NCBI RefSeq assembly: GCF_009914755.1
Contig: NC_060929.1
Length of the DNA: 64,000 bases
Source: the human T2T-CHM13v2.0 reference genome, Homo sapiens
Direction: 5' to 3' (one strand)
Of the stretch, positions 39,103 through 50,525 are shown piece after piece. Made by a program: the position numbers and the translations under genes. The notes beneath the pieces were generated by a model, which saw only the letters and a list, made by a program, of their open reading frames with translations, was not told the DNA's origin and did no database searches. Numbering within the stretch: position 1 is the stretch's first letter; each line of letters starts with the position of its first letter.

Positions 39103-39560
39103 TAGAGACCTGCACATTTTTTTCTGTATAAGGCCAGCTAAATATTTTAAGCAATGTGGGCTTTGTGGGTCATATGATGTCTGCTGCAACTATTTTACTC
39201 TGCCATTGTTGTGGGAAAGAAGCAAAAAAATAATATCTGAATAAATGAGTGAGGATGTGTTTCAGTAAAACTTTATGTGTAAGAACAGGAAGCAGGAAAG
39301 ATCTTCCCTGTGGGCTATACAATTGAACCTTGAACAACATGGGTTTGAATTTCCCAGGTCCACTTGTACTTAATTTTTTTTCAACCAAACTTAGATAAAA
39401 AATACAGGATTTGTGGGATGTGAAACCTGCATATATGGAGGGCTAACTTTTTGTATAGGTGAGTTGTACAGGGCCAACTGACAGACTTCAGTATACATGG
39501 ATTTTGATCCTGGAACCAATCCCCCAAGTGTACCAAGGGGAAACTGTAGTTTGCTGACAT
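39103..39560. mobile_element. MER58-like hAT element with a nested Tigger2/MER8-like element (39320-39546)
   Basis: MER58-like flanks; inner element caattgaaccttgaacaacatgggtttgaa...ggaaccaatccccc...aactg bounded by TA on both sides. Confidence 0.75.
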
Positions 39561-39705
39561 TTAATATATGCTATTAAATTCAGTCATATTTATAATTTCC
39601 TTGTGTAGATCCTTAAAAGCAACATTAGTAGCCATGACAACTCATCTCTTATAATTACAACATGGGTGATTCTGGTCCCCTTTTCTCTGCAGATGCCAGA
39701 CCTAG

Positions 39706-40017
<312 letters not shown>

Positions 40018-40138
40018 AATGTTATGTTTCTTATAAAGAGAGGTGAAAGAACTTCTCTTACTCAGACTGTTAAAACAATTTACTAAGAATACAGTAGACT
40101 AAGTAATCCAGGGGCTCTTCGTTCTTCTCTGTTTTCAG

Positions 40139-40266
40139 GACGAATGTGCTGAGTATCGGGAACAAATGAAAAATGGAAGACTCAGCTGTACTCGGGAGAG
40201 TGATCCTGTACGTGATGCTGATGGCAAATCGTACAACAATCAGTGTACCATGTGTAAAGCAAAATT
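40139..40266 (+). CDS. SPINK5: SPINK5 exon 23, domain 11 (128 nt)
   Basis: tttcag|GACGAATGT...AAATT|gtaagt; DECAEYREQMKNGRLSCTRESDPVRDADGKSYNNQCTMCKAK. Confidence 0.98.
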
Positions 40267-40687
40267 GTAAGTATTTCTCTCAACAGGCATGTCTAAAATA
40301 TAGTCACATTCCTCTTGAATGAATGGCTATTTCTCATTTGCTATGGCTCCTTCCATGCAAATTATTCTTTTTGCTAATTTCCAAATATTCTATTTTTTTC
40401 TCTTGCGTTCTCTAAGGAACAATGAGCCTTAGCAAGGGCAGCTAACCAAGTGGCTGATTTCTATTGTATTTTCTATTACAATTCTGTGAACTCTAAGTGC
40501 TATCATGATAGACCCTTGTTCTTTATTGTGCCAGAATCCTAGGAAGACTTTGTCACGGCCATTTGGAATCATTGACCAGCACAGTTGAAGAAAGCTGACT
40601 TCTTGTCATTTGCACGGGACACACTTAGTGCATAATCCAGGGTCAATATTTGTTAACAAGATGAATATTCACTTTTTTCTCCTCCAG

Positions 40688-40760
40688 GGAAAGAGAAGCA
40701 GAGAGAAAAAATGAGTATTCTCGCTCCAGATCAAATGGGACTGGATCAGAATCAGGGAAG
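40688..40760 (+). CDS. SPINK5: SPINK5 exon 24, linker (73 nt)
   Basis: ctccag|GGAAAGA...GGGAAG|gtgagt; EREAERKNEYSRSRSNGTGSESGK. Confidence 0.97.
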
Positions 40761-41094
40761 GTGAGTTATTTTTTGGGTTTTGGCAAGAATCGTCTTTCTG
40801 TGAGTCAGCAGTTGGCGATCAAAACTATAGAAGAAGGTGTCAACATGATCAAGCTAGAGCTTGCCCTTAGAAGGTCAGGAGTTACCAAGTTATCAGTGAC
40901 TCTCACTGATAACTTGTTCAGTGAAGAAACCTAATGCCAAGTGGACATCTTTAAGTCTGACACTTTACAAGGCATTTTTATAAATTACAGTTTATTTAAT
41001 TATTTCAACAGCCTGGTCAAATTTGGCCTTTTAACCTTATTTCGTAGATAGGGAAAATGAGGTTTTGCAAGTATACTGGGATTTATTTTTGTTT

Positions 41095-41600
41095 TTGCAT
41101 TATTTTGCTGCTAGTGTAAGTTACTATAAGCAGATGCGTAAAATAACACACATTTATTATCTTATATTTCTGGATTCCATAAGTTTTAAATGGTCTGATT
41201 GTGATAAAACCAAGATGTTGGTAATGCCGCATTCCTTTGTGGAGGCTCTAGGTGAGGATCTGTTTCTTTGCTTTCTCTAACTTCTAGAAGCTACCTGTAT
41301 TCCTTGGCTTGTGGCCACCCTTAAGCCAGTGATGGCCAGTCAAGTCCTTCTTATGCTTTATCATTCTCACACTGACTGTCCTGCCGCTGCCTCTCTCTTT
41401 AATGAGTAAGAACCTTTGTGATTACATGGGCCCCACTTGGATAATCCAGGGTAACTTCCCCATTTTAAATTCAACTGATTAGCAATCTTAATTCCATATT
41501 CAACCATAATTCCTCCTTGCCACGTAAAGCAACATATTTGGAGGTTCCAGGAATTAGAACATAGACGTCTCTCTCTGTGGGACATTATTTTGCCTATCAC
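41095..41600 (-). mobile_element. MaLR LTR (MLT1-like)
   Basis: gtgattacatgggccccacttggataatccaggg...gggacattattttgcctatcaca. Confidence 0.75.
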
Positions 41601-41710
41601 AGCAAGGTTACATGGCTGCCTGACTCTTGGAAAGAAATCCTCTGATTCTCAAATCCAATCAAATATTATGTAAAAACAGCACTTCCAATATAATCTTCCC
41701 ATCTTTTCAG

Positions 41711-41838
41711 GATACATGTGATGAGTTTAGAAGCCAAATGAAAAATGGAAAACTCATCTGCACTCGAGAAAGTGACCCTGTCCGGGGTCCAGATGGCAAG
41801 ACACATGGCAATAAGTGTACTATGTGTAAGGAAAAACT
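41711..41838 (+). CDS. SPINK5: SPINK5 exon 25, domain 12 (128 nt)
   Basis: tttcag|GATACATGT...AAACT|gtgagt; DTCDEFRSQMKNGKLICTRESDPVRGPDGKTHGNKCTMCKEK. Confidence 0.98.
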
Positions 41839-41996
41839 GTGAGTATGTTTCAAAATGAGCTTTTGACTGTGAGTCTTAAAGTACAATAATCATTTCTTAC
41901 CAGTTTGGGAAAATGACAATTGTTTTAGAAGCAGATCTGGTAATTAATGAGGCGTTTGTTCACTTTGATTGAAATGTTTCATTGTTTTCCCCCCAG

Positions 41997-42093
41997 GGAA
42001 AGGGAAGCAGCTGAAAAAAAAAAGAAAGAGGATGAAGACAGGAGCAATACAGGAGAAAGGAGCAATACAGGAGAAAGGAGCAATGACAAAGAG
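41997..42093 (+). CDS. SPINK5: SPINK5 exon 26, linker (97 nt) with an A10 run and an 18-bp tandem repeat
   Basis: ccccag|GGAAAGG...AAAGAG|gtaata; EREAAEKKKKEDEDRSNTGERSNTGERSNDKE. Confidence 0.97.
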
Positions 42094-42339
42094 GTAATAG
42101 ATGTTAGACACGCTAATACCTGAATTCAGTTAGTTCATTGTATGGTATATTTATTCAACAAATATTTGTGAAATGCTGACTCTGTCCCAATCATTGGTGA
42201 TATAACGGTAAACAATGAAGTCATGGCCAGATCTTGAAAATAAATAGCATGCTCTTCAGTTCCCCAGGAGTGACTCTGATGCAATTGTAGAACCAGTGAC
42301 AACTGTCAAATTATTGTAGTTAGCCAGTGAATTTCATTT

Positions 42340-42475
42340 TTGAATTTTTTCTTTCCTTTGAGACAGGGTCTTGCTGTTGCTCAGGATGGTCTCGAACTCC
42401 TGAGCTCAAGCAATTTGCCGGAGCTCAAGTCTCAGCCTCCCAAAGTGCTGGGATTACATGAGCCATCGCACTCTG
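42340..42475 (-). mobile_element. FLAM-like Alu monomer
   Basis: gagacagggtcttgctgttgctcagg...cctcccaaagtgctgggattaca. Confidence 0.8.
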
Positions 42476-42564
42476 CTGTTTCTGAATTTTTTAAACAAAT
42501 AAATATCAAGCAATCAGATGCCAAAAATTACAAAGAAAATCAGTATCAAAAATTTGGAGTTTGA

Positions 42565-42886
42565 GGCCAGGCACGGTGGCTCAGGCCTATAATCCCAGCA
42601 CTTTGAGAAGCTGAGGCGGGCAGATCACGAGGTCAGGAAATCGAGACCATCCTGGCTAGCACGGTGAAACCCCGTCTCTACTAAAAGTACAAAAAAATTA
42701 GCCGGGCACGATGGCGGGCGCCTATAGTCCCAGCTACTTAGGAGGCTGAGGCAGGAGAATGGCGTGAACCTGGGAGGCGAGCTTGCAGTGAGCTGAGATA
42801 GCGCCACTGCACACCAGCCTGGGCGACAGAGCAAGACTCTGTCTCAAAAAAAAAAAAAAAAAAAAAAAAAGGAAAAGAAAAAGAAG
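42565..42886 (+). mobile_element. AluY (sense)
   Basis: Y-type gagaccatcctggcta, long A tail, TSD aaaa(t/g)ttggagtttga. Confidence 0.95.
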
Positions 42887-43377
42887 AAAAGTTGGAGTTT
42901 GAGATAATAAATTCTTGATCTGGCATTTCATTGCCACCTAGTGTTCAGTTTTGGTCCTTATAAATAGTATTCAACACTACAACACCAACACGTAGAATAT
43001 TACACAGCACAATCTTTTAATGCACCGACGGACTCCAATTAGAAAAGATAAATAGCGAAATTTCCCTGGGAAGATTTTTCCTATTAGTAGGGCAACTTTT
43101 CATTAAGCCTGTAGTGGCTAAAGAAAATGAAACCTTATTAGTAATTATCATTATTTAAAAATATTTTGGGAATATCTGTTGTGTGTTACGGTAGATGAAA
43201 TGGCTTTGAGAAAATAACCTTATTGCACAACTTCACATGATCTCTAAAGGACATCTATTTAAAATCTTGGTAAATTTTTAATTTTATGATCCTTATTTAA
43301 AAAATTTTGAACAGAAAAATGCTATATATATTTATATATAGAAAATACTGAGTAAAAAAAAAATAAAGAAAATATGG

Positions 43378-43686
43378 AGGCAGGGTGTGGTAACTCACTC
43401 TTTTAATCCCAGTGTTTTGGGAGACCAGAGCAAGAGAATTGCTTGAGCCCAGGAGTTCAAAACCAGCCTGGGCAACATAGTGAGACCCTGTCTCTACAAA
43501 ATAATAATAATTAAAAAAAAAATAGCCAGGCATGATGGTGCACACCTGTAACTCTAGCTACTTGGGAGGTTAAGGTGAGAGGATCACTTGAGCCCATGAA
43601 TTCAAGGCAGCAGTGAGCTATGATAGCATTATTGCACTCCAGCCTGGGCAACAGAGTAAGAACTTGTCTTAAAAAAAAAATAAAAA
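43378..43686 (+). mobile_element. AluJ (sense), followed by a (GT)n microsatellite to ~43728
   Basis: Diverged dimer, gcttgagcccaggagttc. Confidence 0.9.
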
Positions 43687-44766
43687 TATTGAGATTGTGT
43701 GTGAGTGTGTGTGTGTGTGTGTGTGTGTCAAATAGAGAACTACCGTTTTATCTACACATGCAACGTTAAATAAGGTTTACCAATAATTATATTTAAACCT
43801 CCCCAAAATCTATTCAGTGGTGATATTGTTCCAATTTTTTAGAATTCAGGAAAACTTAAGAGAAGTGAACTACACATAATTAATGAATAGAAGAGCCAAA
43901 GACTGAATTGGAGGGTTGCAATACAGTCAGAGGAGTGCTATTATAAAAATATGTGGTATTGTGAGCACCTGGAAAAGAAAATACTTCCAGTAATTTGTGA
44001 AAATGGTGGTTGTGAGACATTTAATATGTTGATAGGTATTTAATTCCAGAGAATTTTTTAAAATGCTGCAATTAAAAGTAAGGCCTGGAATTGTTTGTTT
44101 ACGGACATCACAATTTAAAGAAAGAAGGGTAAGTACAATCTAGGTTACTGTGTTATTTTTTAAGGTAATGTTTCCATATCACCACTTTGGCTCTTTGGGC
44201 TTACAGGAAGTTCCAGAGACTTCTGTAGCTCTCTGAAGATTTTAGTACATTCTAGATCCTATCTGTAGACTCGGTTCTATTGGCTTCTTTTTATGATCAT
44301 TATGTTTCAATGAACACAAAAGGCAGCTCCATATACTTATCCACACATAGGAGTTTTATTCTCTGACTTGTAAAAGCAAATAAGTAAAAAGGTATAACCT
44401 GGTGGTTAGCAGGTTTCTGATCACAAATTCAACACTGACTTTATTTAATAGCTCTGAGATTTATTTTTCTCATCTGTAGAATGGGGATGATGCGTATTTA
44501 TCTTATAAGATTTTTACAACCACTAAAGGAAATCTATTAAACCACACGATAAAGCACCTCGCACAATAATTTTTTTTTTTTTTTTTTTGGTAAATTGTGG
44601 TTGAGAAATGAAGCTGAAAGTTTACGTGTTTTTATGTTTTGCCAGAAGAGTGTCGTTTAGTTCATTCCAGGGCTTTTGAAGTAGACTTATGTGTGGAATA
44701 CTGAGTGCACTCATAGGGAGACAGGTTTGGGGCTCTGCCTCATAGAAAATGGTATTAAAATGAGAT

Positions 44767-45048
44767 GGGACAGGGCACTGGGGGCTCATGCCTGTAATCT
44801 CAGTGCTTTGGGAGGCCAATGCGAGAGGATCACTTGAGGCCAAGAGTTTAAGATCAGCCCAGGCAACACAGAGAGACTCCCGTCTCTACAAAAAATTTTA
44901 AAATATTAGCCAGGCATGGTGGCACATGCCTGTAGTTCTAGCTACTTAGCAGACTGAGGTGGGAGTGTTGCTTGAGCCCAGGAGTTGGAGGCTGCAATGA
45001 GCTATGATTGCACCACTGCACTCCAGGCTGGACAACAGAACAAGATTA
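44767..45048 (+). mobile_element. AluJ (sense) whose 3' end is rearranged into a palindrome
   Basis: Diverged dimer without a normal A tail; see the finding at 45007-45217. Confidence 0.9.
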
Positions 45049-45216
45049 TATATATATAACAAGATTATATTATATACATAACAAGATTATATATATATAT
45101 AGATAGATATAATATATTATATATATAGATATATATTATCTATCTATCTATATATATAATCTTGTTATATATATGTAATCTTGTTCTGTTGTCCAGCCTG
45201 GAGTGCAGTGGTGCAA

Positions 45217-45256
<40 letters not shown>

Positions 45257-45535
45257 CTTGCTTGCAATATATATATATATAGTTTTTAAAGGAATGGGCT
45301 GCTTTAGTGAAATTCCATTAGGGCAAGACAATCATTTGATAGAGATGCAATGGAGAAGATTCAAACTTCTTAGGTAGAGATTGAATAAAGTGCCTTTAAA
45401 ACATATTTCTTCTCTGAAATTTCACTTCTCTGTTTTTTTCCTGTGTTATGAGTTTATATCTAATCGGTCAATCATGTTATCAGGTTTGAAAGATTATACC
45501 ATGACAGTAACAACTTTTTCTGCTACTGTTGGTAG

Positions 45536-45663
45536 GATCTGTGTCGTGAATTTCGAAGCATGCAGAGAAATGGAAAGCTTATCTGCACCAGAGAAAATAA
45601 CCCTGTTCGAGGCCCATATGGCAAGATGCACATCAATAAATGTGCTATGTGTCAGAGCATCTT
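45536..45663 (+). CDS. SPINK5: SPINK5 exon 27, domain 13 (128 nt)
   Basis: tggtag|GATCTGTGT...ATCTT|gtacgt; DLCREFRSMQRNGKLICTRENNPVRGPYGKMHINKCAMCQSI. Confidence 0.98.
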
Positions 45664-45979
45664 GTACGTAAAAAGGTTTATCAATAAATTTGATAGTTGT
45701 GCCTGTTTGCTAGAAATTAGTTTTTGTTACTTTTAAAACCTAAGATACTTGGCATCACACATTAATGATATGATACCTCCTCTCTTTTGAAGAGACAATT
45801 TCCAAAGCACTTTCACAATAATTTTTTTATTTTGATGTTGAAAAGCATAATCATACCCAGAACCTCTGGGGTAGGAAGAGGTAGCTTATCAGCTAGGTAA
45901 CCTGGGACAGGCCAGTTCATTGTGCAGAGCCTCAGTTCCTCCTGAGGGAAAAATGACTGAACAATATAGTTTTGTGGAG

Positions 45980-46097
45980 ATTCAAGGACATTTTAAAAAT
46001 GTTTATGAACTTCAAAGCATTATACCTACGTAAATAACATTCAAGGACATTTTAAAAATGTTTATGAACTTCAAAGCATTATACCTATGTAAATAAC
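45980..46097. repeat. 59-bp tandem duplication (2 copies, 1 mismatch)
   Basis: 45980-46038 versus 46039-46097, differing only at cctacg/cctatg. Confidence 0.95.
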
Positions 46098-46467
46098 AAT
46101 CAATATTGTGAGTTTGGTTATAATTTAATTGGAAAAGTAAAAATGAGAATTATAGCAACTTTCTAGATGAGAGTCTTAAGTCTATTATATTAAGGAAAAA
46201 TAAAGACCTTTTAGGATCATATTTTTCTGGATAAGAGTATAGTAACAGCATCTATGAAAGTTGATAGCATTGCCACAAATATATTATCATGAAAATTCCA
46301 ACAATCAGAACTGATTAGCTTATAAAAATATTCTTAGATTTTTTTTTAGGTATAAGAAAACAGTGTTAGATTTGCTAATGTTTAGAATCGCAGAAATACT
46401 TGGTTAAAGACAATTCAGTAACAACCCTTGAAAAATTACCCTATCTTTTTTTTTAATTATTCTGCAG

Positions 46468-46540
46468 TGATCGAGAAGCTAATGAAAGAAAAAAGAAAGA
46501 TGAAGAGAAATCAAGTAGCAAGCCCTCAAATAATGCAAAG
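46468..46540 (+). CDS. SPINK5: SPINK5 exon 28, linker (73 nt)
   Basis: ctgcag|TGATCGA...GCAAAG|gttatt; DREANERKKKDEEKSSSKPSNNAK. Confidence 0.97.
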
Positions 46541-46625
46541 GTTATTTATTAAAGGATACCAAAATAACCATTTTACTTTTCACCTTCAGAATTTTGCATT
46601 CTTCTCCAGCTTTGGGAATAATAAA
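46541..46625 (+). terminator. SPINK5: Intron-28 read-through (V-I-Y-stop) and intronic polyA signal, giving the short 13-domain LEKTI isoform
   Basis: GTT ATT TAT TAA at 46541-46552; AATAAA at 46620-46625; matches the recalled 916-aa isoform. Confidence 0.85.
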
Positions 46626-47226
46626 TATATTAATATCTTAACTTCAAAGAAAATTGATTTTTCTTGTCTTGTCACTTTGTATCATAACAAGATTTTTGGG
46701 GGTTTGGGGGTTTGATACCTTTTTTGATTTTGTAGAAAATTCTCTGAGAGTGTGTGTCTATTATTGTTTTAGTCTTTCCTCCTTGGGAGAAATATGGATT
46801 GAAAAGTAGAGGGTAACATTCTTTACCAACTCAACTGCATGCTTATCTTTGACACTTTAAGTGTGAAACAAGGCTTTGGGTAGCTTGCTGATGTTTATTT
46901 TAATAATTCAGGCAATATAAACCAATCTAAGTCTCCCTTTTAGCTTCCCTTCTGTTTTCACCAGATGATTCTATCAGCATTAAAGAATCAGCAGTGTGCA
47001 TGCGTGATGCTTTCTTTTCTATTTATTTTTCAAGACTACAAAGAAGACATCTTTATTCAATTCTTTAACAGTAACAATCACATTTGTAGAGTTAGATCCC
47101 TGAGCAATTGTCCTTTTGTCAAAAGCATGCTTCATGGGGAAAATGGGGAAAGGAAGGATGGATGAACGGGAGAAAAAAACAGGAAGGTCTATCAAGTGTT
47201 GTTTTATGTTTCCCTACATTTTTCAG

Positions 47227-47316
47227 GACCAGTGCAGACAGGTTCAGAATGAAGCGGAGGATGCAAAATTTAGACAACCTGGGCGTTCCTTGGCCTCTGT
47301 TGCCAGGATGAGTACA
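47227..47316 (+). CDS. SPINK5: SPINK5 alternative 90-nt cassette exon of the long isoform (30-aa insert between D13 and D14)
   Basis: tttcag|GACCAGTGC...AGTACA|gtgagt; DQCRQVQNEAEDAKFRQPGRSLASVARMST; phase 0-0. Confidence 0.92.
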
Positions 47317-47425
47317 GTGAGTCTGAGCCCAGAGCTAAGAGAGGACTTCCTAAAACCAAGTTTGAAGAAATCACTAAGCCAAAAAGGGACAAAGCCATGT
47401 TCACTTTCCCTTTCTCATTTTCTAG

Positions 47426-47553
47426 GATGAGTGCAGTGAATTTCGAAACTATATAAGGAACAATGAACTCATCTGCCCTAGAGAGAATGACCCAGTGCAC
47501 GGTGCTGATGGAAAGTTCTATACAAACAAGTGCTACATGTGCAGAGCTGTCTT
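47426..47553 (+). CDS. SPINK5: SPINK5 exon 29, domain 14 (128 nt)
   Basis: ttctag|GATGAGTGC...GTCTT|gtgagt; DECSEFRNYIRNNELICPRENDPVHGADGKFYTNKCYMCRAV. Confidence 0.98.
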
Positions 47554-48011
47554 GTGAGTAAGAGGATTCTGCTCCCCCTGTAGCTAGCAGGGGAACTGCA
47601 TTTTTAGAAACTGCTGCTTGAATAAGTTTGTATATTTATGAACCCCATGGGATTTTAAAAATAAGTCTTTAGAATTAAAGCCCTCAAATTGAGAACACCT
47701 GATATAGTAGAAAGAACACTGAGACTTGGAGACAAAAATTCCGTATGTAAGTTCTAACCAAGATGTATACTAGCTGTGTCATTAAACAATTTGTTTTCAA
47801 CTTTCAGCATCATAATTAGAAGAAATTCTTCAAGATCTTTATTCCACAACTAGATCAGACTCAATTGAGATGCCTTTAAAAATAAATACAAATTTTTACA
47901 CCCCAAAATATATTATATCAGAATCTTGGGGCTATGGAATTTGTTTTTTAGAAAGAGTTTCTAGGTTATTCTAAAAAGCAAATAGAAATGGAGACCAATG
48001 GACATTATAAA

Positions 48012-48038
48012 TGATGATGATGATGATGATGATGATGG
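48012..48038. repeat. (GAT)n microsatellite
   Basis: atgatgatgatgatgatgatgatgatg. Confidence 0.9.
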
Positions 48039-48216
48039 TTGTAAAGCACACTGTGAACACAACAATAATCAAATTTCTTTAGCTTTTCATAGTGAGTGTT
48101 CTTTGAGGGGGAATTACCAAATACTACTCCCATTTTATGTTCTAGAAAATCAAAACTTCAGAACATTAACCCACTTGTCATCTGTTAAGTGATGAAAGTT
48201 CTAAACCAGCTCCTAA

Positions 48217-48619
<403 letters not shown>

Positions 48620-48685
48620 TAACTTCTCACTGGAAGTTATAGGAACTGTTTCTTATTTTAAATTATTTTTTATTTTCTTCTCTAG

Positions 48686-48782
48686 TCTAACAGAAGCTTT
48701 GGAAAGGGCAAAGCTTCAAGAAAAGCCATCCCATGTTAGAGCTTCTCAAGAGGAAGACAGCCCAGACTCTTTCAGTTCTCTG
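48686..48782 (+). CDS. SPINK5: SPINK5 exon 30, linker (97 nt)
   Basis: ctctag|TCTAACA...TCTCTG|gtaagg; LTEALERAKLQEKPSHVRASQEEDSPDSFSSL. Confidence 0.97.
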
Positions 48783-49271
48783 GTAAGGAGGACTATTTCT
48801 GAAAAGCTACTTATCAATTTAATTTTCTTGATTTTTTTTGACCTGTTGCTATTTGCTATTTTCATAGAAGGGTCTGAGGTTTGCTGATTCAGTGCAGCCT
48901 GAAGTCCTTTGAGGACTATATGCAGTTTATGCTTGGTGAGAGTTCTGGGATTTCTCATTAGTGCCTTATCCTGTGCCCTTTGAGATTATTTGCCCTGCTT
49001 CAATTTAGTACATTTTGAAATTTACAATGTGTGTGTGGAATAATTGTGACTAATTTCACATATGGTAAAATACATAGTCAGGTGCCTCAATTCTGTAATT
49101 TTAGCATACCTCTTGGTATTCTTAGCTTCCTCACCTAGCTTCCGCTTATTTCCCTCCTCCAACCAAATCTGTTTCTACATCCTGGAACTCTATGCCAAGC
49201 ATGCTCACAGGTATAAATTTCCGCCAATTAGCAATTCGCAGTAGCTAAAGCTTCTTGTTTAAAATATAGGC

Positions 49272-49552
49272 TGAGCTGGGTGCGGTGGCTCATGACTATA
49301 ACCCCAGCACTGTGGGAGGCCAAGCGGGCAGATCCCTTGGCCCCAGGAGTTTGAGACCACTGTGGGCAACATGGTGAAACTCTGTCTCTAGAAAACTTAC
49401 AAAAAAAAAAATTAGCTGGGCATGGTGCCTTGTGCCTGTAGTTCCAGCTACTTGGGAGGCTGAGGTGGAAGGATGGCTTGAGCCCAGGTGGTCGAGGCTA
49501 CCATGAGCCGTGATAGTGCCACTGCACTCCAGCCTGGGTGACAGAACAGGAC
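49272..49552 (+). mobile_element. AluJ (sense)
   Basis: Diverged Alu dimer. Confidence 0.9.
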
Positions 49553-50190
49553 CCCACCCTTCTCTCTTCCTCTCTCTCGTAGCTGATGGTCACCAGTAAT
49601 GTAAGTATTAGTCTACATTAGCATGATAAGATTTACTTTGTAGAGCCTTCACAAGATGAGGAGTAGAAAGGAGCAAAGAGGATATGAGAACATCAAGCAG
49701 ATTCTCAGATTGGGCCCTAAAAGGAAGATTTTAGCACCTAGGCTGATGACCCAGAAAAGGAGAAAGAAAGGTATCAAACATGAATTTTACTTCATTATTC
49801 ACCCAATTCAACTAGGGTAATAGATGAGTTACATACATGAAATATGCATTAATTACATATTTCTGGTAAATTGAGCTCCACATCAGGGATCCGAAGGCAT
49901 GGAGAAGAGCTATTAACAAAATATGTTTTTTTTTTTAAATACTAAAGTATAATAGTTACATAGAAGAAATGTACATATGCAAGTAAATAGCTAAATGAAA
50001 TATCACAAAGTGATCATACCTGTGATAGCAGCAAGAAATAAGATATCATCAGCAGACCAGTAGCCCCCTCATTCTCCCTCATAAGCTACAGTCTGCTTTG
50101 GAGCTATTTCTTTTGGAGAAATAAATCTTTCATTATTCATTTTTTTCATCAAGCCGGCAGTCCTTTTGTCAGTCTACAAATACTTACTGA

Positions 50191-50525
<335 letters not shown>

